NCBI RefSeq assembly: GCF_006345805.1 | Contig: NW_021832230.1 | Coordinates: forward strand, 1 to 64,000 | Reading direction: 5' to 3' | Origin: Octopus sinensis | Taxonomy: Eukaryota | DNA: 64,000 nucleotides | Shown here: one piece after another, positions 1 through 11,700 of the stretch | How the letters are laid out: every line of letters starts with the position of its first letter | Position numbering within the stretch: position 1 is the first letter of the stretch | The notes under the pieces: generated by a model | The model's input: only the letters and a program-made list of their open reading frames with translations | Databases searched by the model: none | What the model was told of the DNA's origin: nothing | Made by a program: the position numbers and the translations under genes

Positions 1-918
1 CTTTTCACATGGACAAAAGCCACTTGGACTCGCGTGGGTCTCCCCGTTTATGGGAGATCATGCGGCCAAGCTTTTTTAGAAAGGAAAGAGACTTTTGCCG
101 ATGACGCCGGAAGTCTCGACGGCGATGGGAGTGAACAGATACCGTTCAGAGAGCTCCTTGTACTTTCCAATCTTCAACTTCTCGGTTTTGCGAGAGACTG
201 AGCCAGGCTCGACAGCTGAAGAAGGAAGGTTGAGCTCCGAGAAAGTGTCTGAACACGTCGATCCCTAACAGAGACTTGCCGAACTCAAACGGGAAAGTCG
301 ATAGGCCGTCGGGTCTTTTTTCCGTCTCCCCTCGCAAGCCCACGGGTTCGAGGATTGATGGGATTCCCCAGCGGCCGTGAGCCCCCTCTGAATAACGTCG
401 TTAAGTGCTGCATGGCGTGGTGCGCGCCCTGCACTGCGACGACAGGAAAGGGATGTAGACCAAAACGGTCAATGACAGCACCACAACGACATTTGTGTAT
501 TCGCAGATTTCCAATCCAAGACGCAATGATAAACCAATTCGTAGGCAATTTTGTCTAGTAGGTTACCGGTGGAAGGGACAGGGAGAGCATCCAGCCAGGC
601 CCCACTCCCTGTGCAGCAGCCTGCGCGGAGACATGCAAGTCTGTGCTGATCGAAATTTTTGCGTAGATGTACGTCAAGAGCTTCACAAGAAATGGCATCC
701 CATTGAGCTTGGATACACGGGTCACTGGGTCTTTGTGTTGTACAATGAATCCCAAAGGTCCAGAGCGGCCACGTGATCAACTGACATTTTTCGTTCGGGA
801 AGGTTTCTGAGAACGATGTCAGTGAGGGCACGGGATGATGCCAGGGACGAGAGGAAGGCAGGAAGAGCCAGATAAACGGGCGAACGAAGGCCAATCCCCC
901 CGAGATTAACAGGCAGGG
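1..918 (-). mobile_element. CRE-clade (RLE-type) non-LTR retrotransposon, 5'-truncated 3' fragment, frameshifted
   Basis: Minus-strand translations give SLPVNLGGL, SGAWLDALPVPSTG, CRCGAVID..GLH (zinc finger), RGDGK..PDG and FTPIAVETSG. This is the typical C-terminal thumb/CCHC/PD-D endonuclease series of CRE elements. The truncated end abuts the satellite at ~919. Confidence 0.85.
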
Positions 919-1897
919 AAGATTAAATAAATTATGTAATAAATTGCGTAATATATAATGCTATTTGGGGAGTTCCCAAGATTTAGTGATACGAGGGTAC
1001 TTGAGATAGATTGCGTAATAAATTGCGTAATATATTATGTAATTTGGAGAGGTCCCTTGATGCGAAGATACGAGGGTACTTGAAATTATGTAATTGATTG
1101 CGTAATAAATTCGTAATATATTATGCAATTTTGGGATGTGCCAAGATGTGAAGATACGAGGGTACTTGAGATTATGTAATAGATTGCATCATATATTGCG
1201 TAATATATTATGTAATTTGGAGAGGTCCCTTGATGTGAAGATACGAGGGTACTTGAAATTATGTAATTGATTGCGTAATAAATTGCGTAATATATTATGC
1301 AATTTTGGGAGGTGCCAAGATGTGAAGATACGAGGGTACTTGAGATTATGTAATAGATTGCGTAATAAATTCGTAATATATTATGCAATTTTGGGATGTG
1401 CCAAGATGTGAAGATACGAGGGTACTTGAGATTATGTAATAGATTGCGTCATATATTGCGTAATATATTATGTAATTTGTGAAAGTCTCTAGATTTATGT
1501 ATATGAGGGTACTTGAGATTATGTAATAGATTGCGTAATAAATTGCGTAATATAATATGCAATTTTGGGAGGTGCCAAGATGTGAAGATACGAGGGTACT
1601 TGAGATTATGTAATAGATTGCGTAATAAATTGCGTAATATATTATGCAATTTCGGGAGGTGCCAAGATATGAAGATATGAGAAAACTTGAGATTATGTAA
1701 TAGATTGCGTAATAAATTAGGTAATATATTATGTAATTTGTGGAAGTCTCTAGATTTAAGTATATGAGGGTACTTGAGATTATTAAATAAATTATGTAAT
1801 AAATTGCGTAATATATAATGCTATTTGGGGAGTTCCCAAGATTTAGTGATACGAGGGTACTTGAGATTATGTAAAGATTGCGTAATAAATTAGGTAA
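919..1897. repeat. 87-nt satellite, block 1
   Basis: Tandem monomers: a ~61-nt core GAGGGTACTTGAGATTATGTAATAGATTGCGTAATAAATTGCGTAATATATTATGYAATTT plus a 26-nt variant head. Confidence 0.97.
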
Positions 1898-1923
1898 TCT
1901 TAATAATAAAATGGTATGGTGTG

Positions 1924-1954
<31 letters not shown>

Positions 1955-3493
1955 GTGGCACACCAACTTCAAATTGGCAATACGATGTCCTCGACTTACA
2001 TGATGAGGTCCTTAAAACCTTCCCCCAAAAAAAATTAAAAAAAATTTTCTGCGTTTTGGTAAAATGAACAACTACGATGTCCTCGACTTACATGATGAGG
2101 TCCTTAGAACCTTCCCCCCAAAAAAAATAAAAAAAAAATTTTCTGCATTTTGGTTAAAATGAACAACTACAATGTCCTCGACTTACATGATGAAGTCCTT
2201 AAAACCTTCCCCCCAAAAAAAATTAAAAAAAAATTTTCTGCATTTTGGTTAAAATGAACAACTACAATGTCCTCGACTTACATGATGAAGTCCTTAAAAC
2301 CTTCCCCCCCAAAAAAAATTAAAAAAAAATTTTCTGCATTTTGGTTAAAATGAACAACTACAATGTCCTCGACATTCATGATGAGGTCCATTAAAACCTT
2401 CAAGGCAAAAATCTCCCGTATTAAGAATATCCTTGATGAAAACGACAACGAGAATATTAACAATGATGAACTCCCAATTATTCGCGATAAAGAAATTCAA
2501 TTCATCCTATGTTTTTCTCTTTAAAATTAATTGCATATATCATTATCGACCATGAATCAAAATTAAAGCTATTATCATATTTGACTTTGACAGAATGTGC
2601 AATCACAGATTGCACGACCTTGAATTGAGTGTGCAATTAACAGATTTTGAAAAACACTTTGATAGTTGAAACCACCACACATCAATCATAACACAATTTA
2701 CCACCAATGACAGCGCAATCAGAAGAATTTGCGTAAAAATATTAACTATTTAGTTAAGTTTTTCGTAAAGATAGAATTTATTTTCGGTATGCCTCTTTTC
2801 CTAAACTTTTTTTTTATATTCAAAAATAATTTTTTCAATAGATAACCGAAGGAGAAAGACGACCTTAAGAAAAGAAGTTTTTCGTAAAGATAGAATTTAT
2901 TTTCTGTATGCCTCTTTTTTCCTAATATTTTTATTATCAAAAAATAATTTTTTAAATAGATACCGAAGGAGGAAAAACGAAGCTGAAGAAAAAACGGTCA
3001 GCTTAAGGTAATTAAATCTTTTTTGTGTGTCGCTTTTTTGGCTGCTGCTACTCTGCCTACCGCATCTCCGCCTGCCGCATCTCCCCCTGCCCCTTCCGCC
3101 AGTAAAAATAAAAAAAGAAAAAAAAGGAAATTACAAAGGAAAAATGAAAAAAAATTAAATATAAAAAAAAATAAACACAAAAAATGAAAAAAAAAGTTTG
3201 CATGACAATAAACAAGGCCCAGGGACAGTCATTAAAGGTAGTTGGGGTATTTTTAGAGTGAGTGCTTTTCACATGGACAGCGTATGTGGGATGCTCGAGG
3301 GTAGGCAGAAGAGAAAATTTATTCATATATGCCAAGGAAGGACGGACGACAAACATCGTTTATCAACAGGCGATAGAATAGGGTTACATTAAACCAGGTA
3401 GTTTTATACATCTACATAAACTTATAGTTGTTTGATGAAACAGGCCCTCCGCAGGAGCTAGGTCGCGGTGAGCGAAGCGAGCTGCCGAGCTAG
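1898..3493 (+). mobile_element. Non-autonomous Helitron copy 1 (internally deleted)
   Basis: 5' TC at 1898 after A. Then a (GTCT)n microsatellite, ~94-nt tandem repeats, a short helicase C-terminal remnant, and a GC-rich subterminal motif ending CTAG at 3490-3493 before T. Confidence 0.9.
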
Positions 3494-3679
3494 TTTTAAA
3501 TAAGATTAATCATTTTATTTCGAGTTTTCATACAATTGTCAAAATAAATTCAACTGTAAATTATTATTTATGTTTGGACTGTATTTCTAAATATAAATTG
3601 TCACAGTCCAAAGACGCCAGGGCTGTGAGGTTTTAAAATATTAGTAAATTTTGATAAAAATTACATTAAAACTATATAA

Positions 3680-5723
3680 TCTTAATAATAAAATGGTATG
3701 GTGTGTGTCTGTCTGTCTTTCTGTCTGTCTGTCTTTCTGTCTGTCTGTGTGTGCACACCAACTTCAAATTGGCAATACGATGTCCTCGACTTACATGATG
3801 AGGTCCTTAAAACCTTCCCCCCAAAAAAAATTAAAAAAAAATTTTCTGCATTTTGGTTAAAATGAACAACTACAATGTCCTCAACTTACATGATGAGGTC
3901 CTTAAAACCTTCCCCCCAAAAAAAATTAAAAAAAAATTTTCTGCATTTTGGTTAAAATGAACAACTACAATGTCCTCGACTTACATGATGAGGTCCTTAA
4001 AACCTTCACCCCAAAAAAAATAAAAAAAATTTTCTGCATTTTGGTTAAAATGAACACTACGATGTCCTCGACTTACATGATGAGGTCCTTAAAACCTTTT
4101 CGCCAAAAAATCAAAAAATTATTTTCTGCATTTGATTAAAATGAACAACGTTAATGTCCTCGACATTCATGATGAGGTCCATTAAAAATCTCACGTATTA
4201 AGAATATCCTTGATGAAAACGACAGCGAGAATATTAACAATGATGAACTCCCAATTATTCGCGATAAAGAAATTCAATTCATCCTATGATTTTCTCTTTA
4301 AAATTAAATGCATATATCATTATCGATCATGAATCAAAATTAAAGCTATTATCATATTTGACTTTGACAGAATGTGCAATTACAGATTGCACGACCTTGA
4401 ATGAGTGTGCAATTAACAGATTTTGAAAAACACTTTGATAGTTGAAACCACATTAGCACAATCATTAACACAATTTACCACCAATTGACAGCGCAATCAG
4501 AAGATTTGCGTAAAAATATTAACTATTTAGTTAAGTTTTTCGTAAAGATAGAATTTATTTTCGGTATGCCTCTTTTCCTAAACTTTTTTATTATTCAAAA
4601 ATAATTTTTTCAATAGATAACCGAAGGAGGAAAGACGACCTTAAGAAAAGAAGTTTTTCGTAAAGATAGAATATTTCTGTATGCCTCTTTTTTCCTAATA
4701 TTTTATTATTCAAAAATAATTTTTTAAATAGATAACCGAAGGAGGAAAAACGAAGCTGAAGAAAAAACGGTCAGCTTAAGGTAATTAAATTAATCTTTTT
4801 GTGTGTCGCTTTTTTGGCTGCTGCTACTCTGCCTGCCGCATCTCCGCCTGCCCCATTTCCGGCTGCCCCATTTCCTGCTGCCCCATTTCCGGCTGCCCCA
4901 TCTCCGCCAGTGGTTTGTCTAATCAAGGTCACTAAGCTAAATCTCCGGACTATAAAGGCTCTTAAGCATTATCTTAACTGGCTGTAAAAAAAATTAGACA
5001 GGTTGTTGCCGTGGCGGCAGAGATTTTTTTTGTTTATACTTTTACAAATTTTAAAGTTTTTTTTGTTTTTTCATTTCTTTTGTTTTTAAATTATTTATTT
5101 TTATTTGTTTTTTTTATTTTTTTGTTATTTTCTACAAATTCAACCGGATTGAATTTTTAAACTCCTTAGATCCCTCTGGAATGCCGAATCATCTTTTAAA
5201 GTTAAAGATAGGCGTTCCAGTGGTTTATTACGAAATCTTGCGCCACCTAAATTATGCAACGGAACGAGGTTAGTTATCAAAAATTTGATGGCTAACGTAA
5301 TAGAGGCGACGATATTAACAGGTAAGTATAGAGGTGAGGATGTTTATATTCCACGAATTCCGATAATTTCTGATGAATTACCATTTAGATTTAAAAGGCT
5401 GCAATTTCCTTTAAGGATGAGTTTTGCAATGACAATAAACAAGGCCCAAAGACAGTCATTAAAGGTAGTTGGGTTATTTTTAAAGAGTGAGTGCTTTTCA
5501 CATGAACAGCTGTATGTGGGATGCTCGAGGGTAGGCAGGAGAGAAAATTTATTCATATATGCCAAGGAAGGACGGACGACAAACATCGTTTATCAACAGG
5601 CGATAGAATAGGGTTACATTAAACCAGGTAGTTTTATACATCTACATAAACTTATAGTTGTTTGATGAAACAGGCCCTCCGCAGGAGCTAGGTCGCGGTG
5701 AGCGAAGCGAGCTGCCGAGCTAG
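3680..5723 (+). mobile_element. Non-autonomous Helitron copy 2
   Basis: Same 5' TCTTAATAATAAAATGGTATGG start and GAGCGAAGCGAGCTGCCGAGCTAG end as copy 1. A|T insertion site, no TSD. Confidence 0.92.
5180..5611 (+). pseudogene. Helitron RepHel PIF1-type helicase, C-terminal fragment
   Basis: LRNLAPPKLCNGTRL...RLQFPLRMSFAMTINKAQ.QSL...QLYVGCSRV (PIF1 motifs V/VI). A second copy is at 30469-30899. Confidence 0.93.
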
Positions 5724-8700
5724 TATATTATGTAATTTGTGGAAGTCTCTAGATTTAAGTATATGAGGGTACTTGAGATTATTAAATAAATTATGTAATA
5801 AATTGCGTAATATATAATGCTATTTGGGGAGTTCCCAAGATTTAGTGATACGAGGGTACTTGAGATTATGTAAAGATTGCGTCATATATTGCGTAATATA
5901 TTATGCAATTTGTGGAAGTCTCTAGATTTATGTATATTAGGGTACTTGAGATTATGAAATAGATTGCGTAATAAATTGCGTAATATATTATGCAATTTTG
6001 GGAGGTGCCAAGATGTAAAGATACGAGGGTACTTGAGATTATGTAATAGATTGCGTAATAAATTGCGTAATATATTATGTAATTTGGAGAGGTCCCTTGA
6101 TGTGAAGATACGAGGGTACTTGAGATTATGTAATAGATTGCGTAATAAATTGCGTAATATATTATGCAATTTTGGGAGGTGCCAAGATGTGAAGATACGA
6201 GGGTACTTGAGATTATGTAATAGATTGCGTAATAAATTAGGTAATATATTATGTAATTTGGAGAGGTCCCTTGATGTGAAGATCTGAGGGTACTTGAGAT
6301 TATGTAATAGATTGCGTAATAAATTGCGTAATATATTATGTAATTTGGAGTGGTCCCTTGATGTGAAGATACGAGGCTACTTGAGATTATGTAATAGATT
6401 GCGTAATAAATTGCGTAATATATTATGCAATTTTGGGAGGTGCCAAGATGTGAAGATATGAGGATACTTGAGATTATGTAATAGATTGCGTCATATATTG
6501 CGTAATAAATTGCGTAATATATTATGCAATTTTGGGATGTGCCAAGATGTGAAGATACGAGGGTACTTGAGATTATGTAATAGATTGCGTCATATATTGC
6601 GTAATATATTATGCAATTTTGGGATGTGCCAAGATGTGAAGATACGAGGGTACTTGAGATTATGTAATAGATTGCGTAATAAATTGCGTAATATATTATG
6701 CAATTTTGGGAGGTGCCAAGATGTGAAGATACGAACTTGAGATTATGTAATAGATTGCGTAATAAATTGCGTAATATATTATGCAATTTTGGGAGGTGCC
6801 AAGATGTGAAGATATGAGGATACTTGAGATTATGTAATAGATTGCGTCATATATTGCGTAATATATTATGTAATTTGTGGAAGTCTCTAGATTTATGTAT
6901 ATGAGGGTACTTGAGATTATTAAATAAATTATGTAATAAATTGCGTAATATATAATGCTATTTGGGGAGTTCCCAAGATTTAGTGATACGAGGGTACTTG
7001 AGATAGATTGCGTAATAAATTGCGTAATATATTATGTAATTTGGAGAGGTCCCTTGATGCGAAGATACGAGGGTACTTGAAATTATGTAATTGATTGCGT
7101 AATAAATTCGTAATATATTATGCAATTTTGGGATGTGCCAAGATGTGAAGATACGATGGTACTTGAGATTATGTAATAGATTGCATCATATATTGCGTAA
7201 TATATTATGTATTTGGAGAGGTCCTTGATGTGAAGATACGAGGGTACTTGAAATTATGTAATGATTGCGTAATAAGTTGCGTAATATATTATGTCAATTT
7301 ATGATGTGCCAAGATGTGAATACCGAGTACTGAGATTATGTAATAGATTGGCGTCATATATTGCGTAATATATTATATATTTGTGAAAGTCTCTAGAATT
7401 TATGTATATGAGGGACTTGAGATTATGTAATAGATTGCGTAATAAATGCGTAATATAATATGCAATTTTGGGAGGTGCCAAGATGTGAAGATACGAGGGT
7501 ACTTGAGATTATGTAATAATTGCGTAATAAATGCGTAATATTATGCAATTTGCGGAGGTGCCAAGATATGAAGATATGAGAAAACTTGAGATTATGTAAG
7601 ATTGCGTAATAAATTGCGTAATATATTATGCATTTGTTGGGATTGCGAAGATTGAAGATACGGTGTATTTGAGATTATGTAATAGATTGCGTATAAATTG
7701 CGTAATATATTATGTAATTTGGAGAGGTCCCTTGATGTGAAGATCGAGGTACATGAAATTATGTAATTGATTGCGTAATAAGTTGCGTAATATATTATGC
7801 AATTTATGAGTGCCAAGATGTGAAGATACGAGGGTACTTGAGATTATGTAATAGATTGCGTCATAAATTCGTATATATAATGCTATTTGGGGAGTTCCCA
7901 AATTTAGTGATACGAGGGTACTTGAGATTATGTAAGATTGCGTCATATATTGCGTAATATATTATGCAATTTGTGGAAGTCTCTAGATTTATGTATATGA
8001 GGGTATTTGAGATTATGAAATAGATTGCGTAATAAATTGCGTAATATATTATGCAATTTTGGGAGGTGCCAAGATGTAAAGATACGAGGGTACTTGAGAT
8101 TATGTAATAGATTGCGTAATAAATTGCGTAATATATTATGTAATTTGGAGAGGTCCCTTGATGTGAAGATACGAGGGTACTTGAGATTATGTAATAGATT
8201 GCGTAATAAATTGCGTAATATATTATGCAATTTTGGGATGTGCCAAGATGTGAAGATACGAGGGTACATGAGATTATGTAATAGATTGCGTAATAAATTG
8301 CGTAATATATTATGCAATTTTGGGAGGTGCCAAGATGTGAAGATACGAGGGTATTTGAATTATGTAATAGATTGCGTAATATATTATGCAATTTTGGGAG
8401 GTGCCAAGATGTGAAGATACGAGGGTACTTGAGATTATGTAATAGATTGCGTAATAAATTGCGTAATATATTATGCAATTTGTGGAAGTCTCTAGATTTA
8501 TGTATATGAGGGTACTTGAGATTATGTAATAGATTGCGTAATAAATTGCGTAATATATTATGCAATTTGGTTTTGGGATGTGCCAAGATGTGAAGATACG
8601 AGGGTATTGAGATTATGTAATAGATTGCGTAATAAATGCGTAATATATTATGATGATTTGGAGAAGTCCCTTGATGTGAAGATATGAGGGTACTTGAGAT

Positions 8701-11700
8701 TATGTTATAGATTGCGTAATAAATTGCGTAATATATTATGCAATTTTGGTAGGTGCCAATATATGAGGAAACGGGGTACTTGAGATTATGTAATAGATTG
8801 CGTAATAAATTGCGTAATATATTATGCAATTTTTTGTTTTGGAGTGCCAAGATGTGAGATACGAGGGTACTTGAGATTATGTAATAGATGGCATATATTG
8901 CGTAATATATTATGTAATTTGTGAAAGTCTCTAGATTTATGTATATGAGGGTACTTGAGATTATGTATAGATTGCGTAATAAATTGCGTAATATAATATG
9001 CAATTTTGGGAGGTGCCAAGATGTGAAGATACACGAGGGTACTTGAGATTATGTAATAGATTGCGTAATAAATTAAGTAATATATTATGCAATTTCGGGA
9101 GGTGCCAAGATATGAAGATGAGAAAACTTGAGATTATGTAATAGATTGCATAATAAATAGGTAATATATTATGTAATTGTGGAAGTCTCTAGATTTAAGT
9201 ATATGAGGGTACTTGAGATTATAAATAAATTATGTAATAAATTGCGTAATATATAATGCTATTGGGGAGTTCCCAAGATTTAGTGATACGAGGGTACTTG
9301 AGATTATGTAATAGATTGCGTAATAATTAGGTATATATTATGTAATTTTGGAAGTCTCTAGATTTAAGTATATGAGGGTACTTGAAATTATTAAATAATT
9401 ATGTAATAAATTGCGTAATATATAATGCTATTTGGGGAGTCCCAAGATTTAGTGATACGAGGGTACTTGAGATTATGTAAAGATTGCGTCATATATTGCG
9501 TAATATATTATGTAATTTGGAGGGTCCCTTGATGGAAGATACGAGGGTACTTGAGATTATGTAATAGATTGCGTAATAAATTGCGTAATATATTATGCAA
9601 TTTTGGGAGGTGCAAGATGTGAAGAAACACGAGGGTACTTGAGATTATGTAATAGATTGCGTAATAAATTAGGTAATATATTATGTAATTTGGAGAGGTC
9701 CTATGATGTGAAGATCTGAGGGTACTTGAGATTATGTAATAGATTGCGTCATATATTGCGTAATATATTATGCAATTTGTGGAAGTCTCTAGATTTATGT
9801 ATATAAGGGTACTTGAGATTATGTAATAAATTGCGTAATATATTATGCAATTTTGGGATGTGCGAAGATGTGAAGATACGAGTGTATTTGAGATTATGTA
9901 ATAGATTGCGTAATAAATTGCGTAATATATTATGTAATTTGGAGAGGTCCCTTGATGTGAAGATACGAGGGTACATGAAATTATGTAATTGATTGCGTAA
10001 TAAGTTGCGTAATATATTATGCAATTTTATGATGTGCCAAGATGTGAAGATACGAGGGTACTTGAGATATGTAATAGATTGCGTAATAAATTCGTAATAT
10101 ATAATGCTATTTGGGGAGTTCCCAAGATTAGTGATACGAGGGTACTTGAGATTATGATAAGATTGCGTCATATTGCGTAATATATTATGCAATTTGTGGA
10201 AGTCTCTAGATTTATGTATATGAGGGTATTTGAGATTATGAAATAGATTGCGTAATAAATGCGTAATATATTATGCAATTTTGGGAGGTGCCAAGATGTA
10301 AAGATACGAGGGTACTTGAGATTATGTAATAGATTGCGTAATAAATTGAGTAATATATTATGTAATTTGGAGAGGTCCTTGATGTGAAGATACGAGGGTA
10401 CTTGAGATATGTTAATAGATTGCGTAATAATTGCGTAATATATTATGCAATTTTTGGATGTGCCAAGATGTGAAGATACGAGGGTACATGAGATTATGTA
10501 TGTAATAGATGCGCGTAATAATTGCGTAATATATTATGAAATTTGGGAGGTGCCAAGATGTGAAGATACGAGGGTATTTGAATTATGTAATAGATTGCGT
10601 AATATATTATGCATTTTGGGAGGTGCCAAGATGTAAGATGTGAAGATACGAGGGTACTTGAGATTATGTAATAGATTGCGTAATAAATTGCGTAATATAT
10701 TATGCAATTTCTGGAAGTCTCTAGATTTATGTATATGAGGGTACTTGAGATTATGTAATAGATTGCGTAATAAATTGCGTAATATATTATGCAATTTTGG
10801 GATGTGCCAAGATGTGAAGATACGAGGGTATTTGAGATTATGTAATAGATTGCGTAATAAATTGCGTAATATATTATGTAATTTGGAGAAGTCCCTTGAT
10901 GTGAAGATATGAGGGTACTTGAGATTATGTTATAGATTGCGTAATAAATTGCGTAATATATTATGCAATTTTGGGAGGTGCCAAGATATGAGGAAACGAG
11001 GGTACTTGAGATTATGTAATAGATTGCGTAATAAATTGCGTAATATATTATGCAATTTTTTGGATGTGCCAAGATGTGAAGATACGAGGGTACTTGAGAT
11101 TATGTAATAGATTGCGTCATATATTGCGTAATATATTATGTAATTTGTGTGAAAGTCTTAGATTATGTATATGAGGGTACTTGAGAGATTATGTAATAGA
11201 TTGCGTAATAAATTGCGTAATATAATATGAATTTTGGGAGGTGCCAAGATGTGAAGATACGAGGGTACTTAAGATTATGTAATAGATTGCGTAATAAATT
11301 AAGTAATATATTATGCAATTTCGGGAGGTGCCAAGATATGAAGATATGAGAAAACTTGAGATTATGTAATAGATTGCATAATAAATTAGGTAATATATTA
11401 TGTAATTTGTGGAAGTCTCTAGATTTAAGTATATGAGGGTACTTGAGATTATTAAATAAATTATGTAATAAATTGCGTAATATATAATGCTATTTGGGGA
11501 GTTCCCAAGATTTAGTGATACGAGGGTACTTGAGATTATGTAAAGATTGCGTAATAAATTAGGTAATATATTATGTAATTTGTGGAAGTCTCTAGATTTA
11601 AGTATATGAGGGTACTTGAAATTATTAAATAAATTATGTAATAAATTGCGTAATATATAATGCTATTTGGGGAGTTCCCAAGATTTAGTGATACGAGGGT

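Noticed and set aside
7200-11250. Locally elevated indel rate suggesting an older or hypermutated satellite domain
   Set aside because: The scattered, unshared single-base indels sit in blocks that are clean elsewhere. They look like unpolished long-read error.
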